From: Planctomycetota bacterium
GTDB taxonomy: Bacteria; Planctomycetota; UBA8742; UBA2392
Direction: 5' to 3'
Assembly: GCA_019636195.1 (NCBI GenBank)
Contig: JAHBYA010000016.1
Span: forward strand, 14,972 to 78,971
DNA: 64,000 nucleotides
The notes under the pieces were generated by a model that saw only the letters and a program-made list of their open reading frames with translations, had not been told where the DNA came from and made no database searches. The number at the start of each line of letters is the position of its first letter. The stretch's first letter is position 1. The position numbers were made by a program, and so were the translations under genes. Positions 1-8,804 of this stretch are shown here, in pieces.

Positions 1-2
1 CG

Positions 3-866
3 AGCGGCGGAGGCGGTGCCTCCGGACCTACGGTGAGCGGCGGCGGATCAAGCGGCCCCGGCACAGGCGCCTCATCCAGCAAGACAGGCGGCGGCTGAGG
101 TGGCGGCAAAACGGTCGGTCGGGTCGATCGGCCAACAACAGGGGGCGGAACCATTCGTCGCAGTGGCGGCCCCACAGTAAACCCTGAAGACATTCCATCC
201 TGGCAGCGCCCGTCCGTTGAGGCGCTGGAGAGTGCCGGCCGTGAGGGTCGGCCGCTGGTTGTCTGGTTCCCTGCTGAAGATGATTCGGACGCCGCGTTCT
301 CGGGCAAGGAAATCGCCGAGATCAGCAAGGCATCGGCACTGTTCATCAAGATGCCCTACACTGCGGATCGCGAAAAGTCGCCGTGGGCAGTCGATTCGGC
401 TGTGCCCGCGAGCAAGCTTCTGAGTGACAATCCGGCGCGCGACTATGGGGTCCGGGTTGGGCAGAGCACCATCCTTGTCACCGACAGTTGGGGCAACGAG
501 CACAATCGCATGACCAGCGCCCCGAACCACAAGTCATTGCAGGCGATGGTGGACAAGGTCAAGGACAAGACCGAGAAGGACAACACCAAGCTGCAAAAGA
601 CCTACGACAAAGCCAAGGCCGCGCACGAAAGTGGCGACCGCAAGTTGGCGCTGTCGGAGATCACGAAGAACTTCAAGACCGGCCTGGTTGGCCTTGCGGC
701 GCAGGAAGAGACGATTCGCCTTTACCACACCATCATGGATGAAGCTCGCGCCCAGGTGAAGGAACTGGCTGACAAGAAGGACGTGGAAGGTCTCAAGAGC
801 ATGCTCAAGGACCTGCGCAAGACCGACGTTGAGAAAGAAATCAACGAAGCCATCAAGAACAGCTAG
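3..866 (+). CDS. Putative selenoprotein (5' truncated by window edge): Gly/Ser-rich arm with in-frame UGA (96-98) followed by a thioredoxin-like/helical domain
   Basis: The frame of ORF 351..866 is open back to position 3 except for one TGA (KTGGG*GGGKT). Similarity to paralog 953..1729 starts at about 200, upstream of Met351, with no in-frame ATG/GTG/TTG between the TGA and 351. Hairpin at 113-133. Confidence 0.7.
113..133 (+). promoter_or_regulatory. SECIS-like hairpin downstream of UGA 96-98
   Basis: GGTCGGTC-GGGTC-GATCGGCC, 8-9 bp stem with G-U pairs, GGU in the apical loop, about 23 nt after the UGA. Confidence 0.6.
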
Positions 867-887
867 GCGTATCACGCACTGACTCAA

Positions 888-911
888 CGGGGCGCGGGAA
901 ACCGCGCCCCG
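888..911 (+). terminator. GC-rich hairpin, likely intrinsic terminator
   Basis: CGGGGCGCGG-GAAA-CCGCGCCCCG followed by CTTGCGTTT, after stop at 866. Confidence 0.6.
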
Positions 912-952
912 CTTGCGTTTCCGGCGTAATCTGTGGCCCGGCAACTCTACCT

Positions 953-1729
953 ATGAACATGCGAGTCGCACTTCTGCTTACAGTCCTTGCCGGCGCCCTG
1001 ATGGCGCAGGACATGCCTTTTCCTGTGCCGCCCGCGCCGCGCAAGGCGCGTGTCGCACAGCCGGCTGTCCAGGCTGCGCCCCATTGGGTGGAAGCTTCGG
1101 CGCTGACCATGGCAATTGCGCGCGAGACGGGCCTGCCGCTGGTGTTGTGTTTTCCAGCCGACGCGGACAGCGACCTCGCCAGCGACGAGCTGCGGCAGCT
1201 CAGCACCACAAGGGCCCTGTTCATCCGGTTGCAGCGCAATGAGGCTGAACAAGCCGCGTCGATTGTGCCGGGCTGCAAAGTGATGTCCGCCAACCCCGCG
1301 GCGTCGTACCGCGTGAGCGGGCCCCGCGACGTTGCGCTGGTGTGCGACTGCCACGGCAATGAGCACTTTCGGGTAACCGGCACCCCGATCGCCGCGCGCA
1401 CGATTGCGCAAATGCTGGACAAGCTGCCCCAGCAGCTCGGCAGGCAGCAGGCCAGACTGGCGAAGCACCTTGCGAAGTTCCATGAATCCGAGTCGCGCCG
1501 TGACCGCGTGGTGGCCCTGCTGCGGGCCTTCAAGGAAGATGCTTGGGGCCTGGCTGAGTGCGACCAGCTCGCGGCCGGGTATCACAGCCTGCTGGAGGAA
1601 GGCCGCCAAGAGCTCAGGCGGGCGGTTGGCGACCGCGACGCAGCGGCATTGAAGCAGTTGCTGGCCGACTTCAAGGGCACGGAATTGCAGGACGCGATTG
1701 AGGCTGCCCTCAAACAGCAGGGCGGCTAG
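953..1729 (+). CDS. Secreted protein, paralog of the upstream putative selenoprotein (thioredoxin-like fold suspected)
   Basis: Signal peptide; ARETGLPLVLCFPADADSD...ALFIRL and LVCDCHGNEH align with GREGRPLVVWFPAEDDSD...ALFIKM and LVTDSWGNEH of the upstream gene. Confidence 0.75.
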   Translation: MNMRVALLLTVLAGALMAQDMPFPVPPAPRKARVAQPAVQAAPHWVEASALTMAIARETGLPLVLCFPADADSDLASDELRQLSTTRALFIRLQRNEAEQAASIVPGCKVMSANPAASYRVSGPRDVALVCDCHGNEHFRVTGTPIAARTIAQMLDKLPQQLGRQQARLAKHLAKFHESESRRDRVVALLRAFKEDAWGLAECDQLAAGYHSLLEEGRQELRRAVGDRDAAALKQLLADFKGTELQDAIEAALKQQGG

Positions 1730-2153
1730 GCCGCACCCTGAACACCAGGTGCCACACCGGATAGCTGAACACCACAAACACCACGAAAGTGCTGGCCAGC
1801 GCCAGCGCGTCGTGCTGTCCCACGGCAGGCGGCAGCAGCAGGCGCAACAGCCACAGCACCAGCATGTTCAGCAGCAGCGTCATTACTTCTGCCAGCGTGA
1901 ACCCGGCGGCTTGCCGCCCCAGGCTGCCTGCCCGCGCGCGAAACACGAAGTAGCGACACCCGGCAAACTGGACGACGGCCCCTGCAAGCAGTCCGATGTT
2001 GTCGGCGGTGGTCTGCGAAGCGCCGAGCCAATGGCGCATTGGAAGGTAGATCGCAAAGTAGCACAGCGATGCAACGCTGCCGGCCACGCAGTTGCGCAAA
2101 AAGCGCCGAATGCCCGCTTGTTTAGGGGCGTGCACCAGTACCGCTTGGCTCAT
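1710..2153 (-). CDS. GtrA family membrane protein
   Basis: Four hydrophobic helices, RRFLR..AG and RYFVFR motifs, terminal VFR. Confidence 0.7.
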   Translation of the reverse strand: MSQAVLVHAPKQAGIRRFLRNCVAGSVASLCYFAIYLPMRHWLGASQTTADNIGLLAGAVVQFAGCRYFVFRARAGSLGRQAAGFTLAEVMTLLLNMLVLWLLRLLLPPAVGQHDALALASTFVVFVVFSYPVWHLVFRVRPSRPAV

Positions 2154-2248
2154 GGCAGCATCGTACTCCTGCAAAGTCAGCCCCGCGTGAACAATTCAAC
2201 AAGGCCATGTCAGTTGGTTGCCCTGCCCGCGGCTGCTATGCTGTGCGC

Positions 2249-3655
2249 GTGTCCAAGACCGCAACCAACATTGCCACCCCGCGCGACCTGCCCAAGCTGG
2301 ATGCACTGCTTGGCGCCGCACCATTCGCCGCCCTGATCGCTTCCAGCGGACGCGACCTGGTCACGGAAGAAACCCGCCTTGCCTTAGACGCATTGCGGCG
2401 CGAAATCCGCGACGGCAACCACGTCTTTCTTTCCGAGCTTGCGCCGGATGCTCTGGCTGTCCGCGTTCAGCGCCGCCTTGAACGCATGCTGGGGCCCATC
2501 CAGTGCCGCGTTATCAACGCTACCGGCGTCATCCTGCACACCAGCCTCGGGCGCGCGCCCCTGCCGCCCAGCGCCGTCGAGGCCGCCGCGCGTGAAGCCG
2601 CCGGCTACTCGTGCCTTGAGCTGGACCGCGGCAGCGGAAAACGCAGCGACCGCGACAAGCTGGTCAACGCACTGATTGAACGCGTCACCGGCGCCGAAGC
2701 CGCCACCGTCGTCAACAACAACGCCGCGGCCACCATGATCATCTTGAACTCGCTGGCCGACGGCGCCGAGGTCGTGTGCAGCCGCGCCCACATGGTCGAA
2801 ATCGGCGGCAGCTACCGCATGCCGGACGTGATGCGCAAAGCCGGCTGCAAGCTGGTTGAAGTCGGGTGCACCAACAAGACTAAGGCCCGCGACTTTGAAG
2901 ACGCCATCACCGAGCACACGGCCATGCTGCTGAAGGTGCATACCAGCAACTACGCAATTGTCGGGTTTACCGAAGAGCCTTCACTGGAAGAACTGGTCGA
3001 AATCGGCCGCCGCCGCAACATCCCCGTGGTGTATGACCTTGGCGCCGGCAGCCTGGTTGACCTGAAACCCTACGGCATCACCCGCGAACCCAGCGTGCCC
3101 GACCTGGTGGCGACCGGCGCGGACCTGGTCTGCTTTTCCGGCGACAAGCTGCTTGGGGGCCCGCAGGCGGGCATCATCGTGGGCCGCACGGGCCTGGTGC
3201 AGCGCATCAAGAAGAACGCCCTGTTTCGCATGATGCGCTGCGACAAGTTTACGCTCAGCCTGCTGGAACATACCCTGAAGCTTTACCTTGACGCGTCAAC
3301 CGTCACCCGCAGCGTGCCGACGCTTGCGGCCATTGCACGCCCCGCCGAGCAGGTGGCCAAGCTCGCGCGCAGCATTGCAGGCCGGCTAGCCAAGCGCGGA
3401 ATCACGGCGACGCTCGCGAACAGCACCAGCCAGATCGGCGGGGGCAGCACCCCCGGCGAAGAACTGCCGACGACTGTGCTGGTGATTGACAAGCTCGGCG
3501 GATCGCCGGATGCCGCCGCCAAGCGCCTGCGCATGGGCACGCCCAGCGTGTTCTGTCGCATTGAAAATGACGCCCTGGTTTTTGACCCCCGCACACTGCT
3601 GCCCGGCCAGGATGCTGAACTGGTCAATGCCATTGCAGCCGCCAAGCAGGCGTAG
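2249..3655 (+). CDS. selA: L-seryl-tRNA(Sec) selenium transferase
   Basis: VINATGVILHTSLGRAPL, VNNNAAA, EIGGSYRMPDVM, KVHTSNY, FSGDKLLGGPQAGII motifs; start GTG 2249 is inferred. Confidence 0.95.
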   Translation: MSKTATNIATPRDLPKLDALLGAAPFAALIASSGRDLVTEETRLALDALRREIRDGNHVFLSELAPDALAVRVQRRLERMLGPIQCRVINATGVILHTSLGRAPLPPSAVEAAAREAAGYSCLELDRGSGKRSDRDKLVNALIERVTGAEAATVVNNNAAATMIILNSLADGAEVVCSRAHMVEIGGSYRMPDVMRKAGCKLVEVGCTNKTKARDFEDAITEHTAMLLKVHTSNYAIVGFTEEPSLEELVEIGRRRNIPVVYDLGAGSLVDLKPYGITREPSVPDLVATGADLVCFSGDKLLGGPQAGIIVGRTGLVQRIKKNALFRMMRCDKFTLSLLEHTLKLYLDASTVTRSVPTLAAIARPAEQVAKLARSIAGRLAKRGITATLANSTSQIGGGSTPGEELPTTVLVIDKLGGSPDAAAKRLRMGTPSVFCRIENDALVFDPRTLLPGQDAELVNAIAAAKQA

Positions 3656-3657
3656 CC

Positions 3658-4317
3658 GTGCCGGACCTGACTGTCGTTTTGCCCACGATCAATGAGGCCG
3701 GCAACATCGGCCCGCTGATTCGCCAGTTGCGCGAGGCGCTGCCGGATGCCGCGTTTCTGGTGATCGACGGCGACAGCAAAGATGACACGCGCGCGCAAGC
3801 CGCCGCCGAGGGGGCAACGGTTGTCGTAAACGCTAACGGCTACGCGGACAGCCTGCTGCAAGGCCTGCGCGAAGCCGGCACCGAATGGGTGCTGGTGCTG
3901 GATGCCGACGGCAGCCACACGGCGCACGACGCCCGAAAGTTGTGGGATGCGCGCGAGGGGACCGACATGGTCGTTGGCTCGCGCTTTGCGCCGGGCGGCG
4001 GAAGCGACGGCAGCACGTTTCGCAGATTCCTGTCACGCACGCTGGCGGGCATGTTTGCCGCGATGGCGCGCCTGCCCGCGCGCGACGTAAGCAGCGGGTT
4101 CCGGCTGTATCGGCGGGCGATGTTTGCCGACGCCAGCATCACGGCACGCTTCTTTGAAGTACAGCCGGCGCTGCTGGCGTGGGGCAAAAGACAGGGTGCG
4201 CGGGTGAAAGAGGTCGGCATTCACTATCACCCGCGCGGCAAGGGCAAAAGCAAGAACCGCGTGTTGCGGTACGGCATAGCGTTCCTGCGCCAGTTGTGGC
4301 GCCTGCGCAAGGTGTAG
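3658..4317 (+). CDS. Glycosyltransferase family 2 (polyprenol-phosphate glycosyltransferase / DPM1-like)
   Basis: VVLPTINE, IDGDSKD, LDADGSH, VVGSRF, DVSSGFRLYR motifs. Confidence 0.85.
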   Translation: MPDLTVVLPTINEAGNIGPLIRQLREALPDAAFLVIDGDSKDDTRAQAAAEGATVVVNANGYADSLLQGLREAGTEWVLVLDADGSHTAHDARKLWDAREGTDMVVGSRFAPGGGSDGSTFRRFLSRTLAGMFAAMARLPARDVSSGFRLYRRAMFADASITARFFEVQPALLAWGKRQGARVKEVGIHYHPRGKGKSKNRVLRYGIAFLRQLWRLRKV

Positions 4318-4366
4318 CGCACGTCCAGCCAGTCCCGGGCACGATTGCACGCGGGGCCTATGAGTC

Positions 4367-4401
4367 GCGGGCCCGGCACTTGCGTGCCGGGCTGTAAGCG
4401 C
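4367..4401. repeat. REP-like palindromic repeat, copy 1
   Basis: GCGGGCCCGGCAC-TTGC-GTGCCGGGCTGTAAGCGC; 33/35 identical to 35129-35163. Confidence 0.75.
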
Positions 4402-4419
4402 GTTCATGCCTGGATTGGC

Positions 4420-4450
4420 TGGCGGGAGCACATGGGAATAGAACCCACCT
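4420..4450 (-). repeat. Duplicate of the tRNA-Sec 3' end (att-like scar)
   Basis: 30/31 identical to 4575-4605 (T arm, acceptor 3' strand, CCA). Confidence 0.85.
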
Positions 4451-4574
4451 CGCGACAGTCCGGCGGACTGGCGCGAAAGCGAAGCAGCCCGCACAAAGCC
4501 CGCCTGAAGGCGGGCGACTGCGGGCGTAAGCGGAGCGTCCCGTTCAATGACCGGCGACTTTCGACTATGGAGTT

Positions 4575-4667
4575 TGGCGGGAGCACATGGGAATCGAACC
4601 CACCTGACACTTGCGCGTCACTACGGTTTTGAAGACCGAGAGGCCCACCAGGCGCCTTTCTGCTCCC
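4575..4667 (-). tRNA. selC: tRNA-Sec (anticodon UCA)
   Basis: Anticodon loop CTTCAAA, TGGT D-loop, long variable arm TGACGC-GCAA-GTGTCA, T loop TTCGATT, extended acceptor stem GGGAGCA/TGCTCCC, G73 CCA; close to selA. Confidence 0.95.
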
Positions 4668-4717
4668 GTGCTTACTTTATACCAATCGCTCCCTGCCGCT
4701 CACAGGGCGCACACGCA

Positions 4718-6628
4718 TTACCGTGAAACGCGCGAAAGCTTCAGCAGACGCGAGATGCGGTCAATGACCACCGTCAACAGTATGATCATCAGCAGGTGGG
4801 TGCTCGCCTTTTCAAACCGGAACCACTCAAAGTTGAAAGTGAAGAAGAAGCCCAGGCCGCCCACGCCGACAATGCCCAGCACCACGCCTGTGCGCACGTT
4901 GCTTTCGAACTGGAAGAAACTGTAGGTCATCCAGTCGCGCCACGACATCGGCCCGGCTGTGTAGGCAAAGCAGGTCATGCGCGAACCCAGGAACGACTGT
5001 TCAAAGCGCCGGTACGGGATGTTATCGACGGTCTCGCTGAAGACGCGCACGAGCACGCCCATGCTGTGCAACGCGATGGCAACGGTGCCGGCCAGCAAGC
5101 CGGGGCCAAAGAACGCGATAAACAGGAACGCCCACATCACCTCCGGTACGCCGCGAGCCACGAGGCCGAGCCCGCGCGCAACAACCATCTGCAACAAGCG
5201 AACAACGCGGGCAATCGGGTGAGGCGCCTCGCCCGTGAACTGTGAACTCTCCAGCATGAACGCCATCGAGTGCGGGTACGTCAGCGCCATTGCGCCCAGC
5301 ACTCCAAGCAGCGTGCCCACAATCGCCATCGCCAACGGGACCGAGGACGACTTAACCACGCGCCACACAAACCACTTGCGCAGCTCAAGCTCCCAGGCTT
5401 CCCAGGCGGCTGGTCTCCAGAAGTCCAGCGGCCCGTACTGCTCGAAGAGTCGCACGTCCTTTCCGGCATCGCGAACCTTCTGCACTTCGGCGGCATCCCC
5501 CATGCCGATCGCGGCGCCGTCAAAGTCCGGCGACAGCAGGTCTTCAAAAAACGCGAGCTTCTTGAGGTTCTCACCTGACGCAAGCTTGGCCAACGGCTCA
5601 AGATAGTTGCGCGTCTGCCCGTCCGGGCCCGAGCTGTTGCCGTAACCCATGTACCACACAGACCAGACAACGACCATCAACGCAAAACCTACACCGATGT
5701 AGCCGCGCGCGAGTTCAGAGCCTGTGCTGCGCGCCCTGACAGCGCGCGGGTGGTTCGGGTCGGTGCGCAGTTGCCGGCGTATGAAGTTGCTCGACAAATC
5801 GGCTGTCAGCGTCAACGCAAGCGTGAAGATGATCAGCGTCGTCACCTTGCCCCAGCCGCCCATCCCGATCTGGTACATGATTTCGGCGCCCAAGCCGCCG
5901 CCGCCCACCGCGCCGATTACGGCGGCGTTGCGGATCGCGCACTCGGCGCGCATCAGCGTGAACGACTGCACACTGCGCGAAGCTAGCGGCCGAATGCCGT
6001 AAAGGAACGTGTTAAGGCGCCCCGCGCCCAGCGCCCGCACCTGCTCGTACTGCCGCGGCTCTACACTGTCCCACAGTTCGCTGTACACCTTGCCCAGGAT
6101 GCCGGTGATGTTCAGCGACAACGCGACCGCGCCGGTGACCGGGCCAAGGCCCAGCGCGGCAACCAGAATGACCGCCCAGGCAAAGTCAGGAACGGCGCGC
6201 AGCACGTCAAGCACCAGGCGGCATGCGGCGCACAATCCGTGCAGCGGCAGGCGCAAAAGCCGCGACAGCAGATTTCTCCCGCCGGCCTCTCCCACACACA
6301 CCGCGCGGCTTGCACCCATCGCCAGCACATAGGCCAGGATCACCGCAATGAAGGTGGCCATGCATGCTGCTGCCAGCGTCTCAAGCGTCAGGTGCCAGCA
6401 GGTCTCAAGCCACTCGGACGAAAGCTCGGGATCTGAAAACGAAACGACCAGCGACCATGCACGCTCGATGGCACGCTCCCGCTTGGCGGAGTCCGTCAAC
6501 GCGGAGAAGTCCCACTCGGCAGCCCAGAACGCGCCCAGCACCAGCACCGCAATCGCAACCAGCGCGGCGAAGTGCCGCCACGGGCGCTTCGTCGCATACC
6601 GGTCGCGGATGACGGGTTCACTTGCCAT
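4718..6628 (-). CDS. PhnE/PtxC-type ABC permease, two permease modules fused
   Basis: Two PhnE-like halves (LRAVPDFAWA...GKVYSE...ECAIRNAAVIGAVGGGGLG and RGVPEVMWA...RVFSE...ESNVRTGVVLGIVGVGGLG). Confidence 0.85.
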   Translation of the reverse strand: MASEPVIRDRYATKRPWRHFAALVAIAVLVLGAFWAAEWDFSALTDSAKRERAIERAWSLVVSFSDPELSSEWLETCWHLTLETLAAACMATFIAVILAYVLAMGASRAVCVGEAGGRNLLSRLLRLPLHGLCAACRLVLDVLRAVPDFAWAVILVAALGLGPVTGAVALSLNITGILGKVYSELWDSVEPRQYEQVRALGAGRLNTFLYGIRPLASRSVQSFTLMRAECAIRNAAVIGAVGGGGLGAEIMYQIGMGGWGKVTTLIIFTLALTLTADLSSNFIRRQLRTDPNHPRAVRARSTGSELARGYIGVGFALMVVVWSVWYMGYGNSSGPDGQTRNYLEPLAKLASGENLKKLAFFEDLLSPDFDGAAIGMGDAAEVQKVRDAGKDVRLFEQYGPLDFWRPAAWEAWELELRKWFVWRVVKSSSVPLAMAIVGTLLGVLGAMALTYPHSMAFMLESSQFTGEAPHPIARVVRLLQMVVARGLGLVARGVPEVMWAFLFIAFFGPGLLAGTVAIALHSMGVLVRVFSETVDNIPYRRFEQSFLGSRMTCFAYTAGPMSWRDWMTYSFFQFESNVRTGVVLGIVGVGGLGFFFTFNFEWFRFEKASTHLLMIILLTVVIDRISRLLKLSRVSR

Positions 6629-7460
6629 CGGTGTCTAAAGCGACTTCATCGAGGTGCATGGCACGGTACTCCGCGCCGTACAGGTCACGCAGCAGTTCGC
6701 GTGTGATGCCGCCCGGCGGACCCTGCCAGAACAGCCGGCCATCGCGGATCGCGATCACCCGTGAAAAGTGGCCGTGCAGCAACTCAAGAGTGTGCAGATT
6801 GACCAGCAGCGTCGTGCCCATGCGACGCGCGATACCTGACAACAGTTCGATGATCTCGCGCCCCAGACGAATGTCCAGCTGGCTGACGGGCTCGTCGGCC
6901 AGCATGACCTGCGGTTTCTGGACCATCAGCCGGGCGATGGCCACTCGCTGCTGTTGGCCCCCCGACAACTCTCCCGGCATCGACCACAGCTTCTCCGCGA
7001 GTTCAACTTCAGCCAGCGCCGAGCGTGCATCCTTCAACTCTTGCGGCCAGAACAGGCTCAACAGCGCTCGCGGCAGCAGCCAGCGTCCGAGCCTTCCCAT
7101 CAGTACGTTGTGCACGACCCGCAAGTGCGGGATCAGGTTGTCGTTCTGGTACAGGATGCCGATCTCGCGCCGGACGCGCCGCAGCGCCGCGCCGCGCAAC
7201 GTGGCAGTGTCGTGCCCCAACGCCCGCACGCGTCCGCTGGTCGGCTTGATCACGGCGGCCAGCAGGCGGAACAACGTGGTCTTGCCCGCGCCGGAAGGCC
7301 CGATCACCGCGACCCGCTCGCCTTCACGAATCTGGAAGGAAAGGTCGTGCAAAGCCTCGACCCGCCCGAAACTCATGCCGGCGTTCGCCAGCTCGAAAAC
7401 ATTCGGCCCGCTGTCGTCGTGCTTTGCGGCGGCTTGGTCGATCGCTGCTGCAGTTTCCAT
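6618..7460 (-). CDS. PhnC-type ABC ATP-binding protein
   Basis: GPSGAGKTT, VHNVLMGRLG, LSGGQQQRVAIAR, LADEPVSQLD; GGAG RBS before ATG 7460. Confidence 0.9.
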   Translation of the reverse strand: METAAAIDQAAAKHDDSGPNVFELANAGMSFGRVEALHDLSFQIREGERVAVIGPSGAGKTTLFRLLAAVIKPTSGRVRALGHDTATLRGAALRRVRREIGILYQNDNLIPHLRVVHNVLMGRLGRWLLPRALLSLFWPQELKDARSALAEVELAEKLWSMPGELSGGQQQRVAIARLMVQKPQVMLADEPVSQLDIRLGREIIELLSGIARRMGTTLLVNLHTLELLHGHFSRVIAIRDGRLFWQGPPGGITRELLRDLYGAEYRAMHLDEVALDTDGK

Positions 7461-7522
7461 TGCCTGCTCCGCGGTAACAGGGGGCGGCCCGCCCGTGCCG
7501 CCCCCCGAAACGCAATACTGCA

Positions 7523-8437
7523 TCAGCTGCCGATATCTACGCCGGACTCCATGACTGCGCGGATACCGTCCCACTCTTTCATGTCGGCCTGCACGAAGCT
7601 GCCGGCTTTGAAGTAGCCGAGGATCTTCTTGCCCTCTTCACTGTTCGGGTCGAGATCCAGCAGTGCCTTGCGAATCTTGCCGATCATCTCGTCACCCAGG
7701 TCCTTGTGGGCCACAAACGAGTAATCGACGTAGGCCGGTGTCTTGTAGATGATCGGCGCCTTGGCCTTGAGGTCTGCACTGGCCTTGTCGTAGCTGGCGT
7801 AGTTCAACGCGCCCACAGCAAAGCTGCCGTCGGCGACTTGCGCCAGCGTCTTGTCGTGGCTGCCGCTGTAGCCCACGTTGTTGAAGGCATCTTCGGGCTT
7901 CTTGCCGGCCTGGGTGGTGAAAAAGTGCCGGGGCATCAGGTGGCCGCTGGTGCTGCCCTTGCTGCCGAACGTGAAGGACTTGCCGCCGGCCTTTTCCGAA
8001 AGCTCTTTCAGGTCTTTCACTTCACCGACTCCGCTGTCCTTATTGGCGATGAAGTACGTGACGAACTTCTTGTCGATGTCGCGGCAGGCCACAACCACGG
8101 CGTTGCCCTTGGTCTGCATGTCTGACTGGACCGTGGTCACTCCGCCCATCCAGGACATGTGCGCCTGGCCGTTGGCAAGCGCGGTGACGGACGCCGCATA
8201 GTTTTCGACGTGCATGTACTCAACTGGAATGCCGATCTTGCCTTCAAGGTACTTGGCGACGTTGCCGAAGTGTTCCTTCAGTTTGTCGGCGTTGTCGTCG
8301 GGGATGGCGGTGATAATCAGCTTGTCAATCTTCTTGCCGCCCCCGCTGCCGGCCTTGTTGGCGTCGTTGCCACCGCCGCAGGCGGCCATGCTGAAAATGC
8401 CCGCCATCGCGAGCGCCAGAAATAGAAAACGCTTCAT
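7523..8437 (-). CDS. PhnD/PtxB-type substrate-binding lipoprotein, resembling the putative selenate ABC transporter binding-protein family
   Basis: Lipobox MAAC; AIPD, NYAASV, WMGGVT, RDID, FTFGSKGSTSGHLMP, GYSGSHD, GALN motifs. Confidence 0.8.
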   Translation of the reverse strand: MKRFLFLALAMAGIFSMAACGGGNDANKAGSGGGKKIDKLIITAIPDDNADKLKEHFGNVAKYLEGKIGIPVEYMHVENYAASVTALANGQAHMSWMGGVTTVQSDMQTKGNAVVVACRDIDKKFVTYFIANKDSGVGEVKDLKELSEKAGGKSFTFGSKGSTSGHLMPRHFFTTQAGKKPEDAFNNVGYSGSHDKTLAQVADGSFAVGALNYASYDKASADLKAKAPIIYKTPAYVDYSFVAHKDLGDEMIGKIRKALLDLDPNSEEGKKILGYFKAGSFVQADMKEWDGIRAVMESGVDIGS

Positions 8438-8753
8438 CTTGCTCTCCGTTTCGTAAATGGCGGTGCACCGACCGCCGGTCAAATCTTGGTTTGAACAGAA
8501 AAGCCGGGTTTGAAAATCAGCGCCGGGGGCCCGCAGGGCACGCTCAGGCGCTACCGACCGGCAGCGAGGTTATCGCAGTCAGGAAAAGCCGCTGCCCACG
8601 GGCAACAGGCCATGGGCTCAGGTGAAGCCCGGCATCAGCGGCGTGGCCGCCTTGAGGATATGCGCTCTTCCCAGCACGGGCTGCATGCTACACGTTGGGG
8701 GTGTGTCGGCAAGGACAAACCGCCTTTATTGCCCAACCATGCTTGCCGATTGC

Positions 8754-8781
8754 AAAGCCCCGGGCCAGCGCCCGGGGCCTT
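8754..8781 (-). terminator. Intrinsic terminator after atpA
   Basis: GCCCCGGGC/GCCCGGGGC inverted repeat with TTT on the minus strand. Confidence 0.6.
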
Positions 8782-8804
8782 GATACGACTTGGGTAGATT
8801 CACC

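Noticed and set aside
3658-4317. GT next to selA as the selenosugar synthase SenB
   Set aside because: Motifs are those of DPM1-like GT2 enzymes, and no senA or selD is adjacent.
4451-4574. Intact integrative element at selC
   Set aside because: Only 124 bp lie between the repeats and no integrase is encoded in the window.
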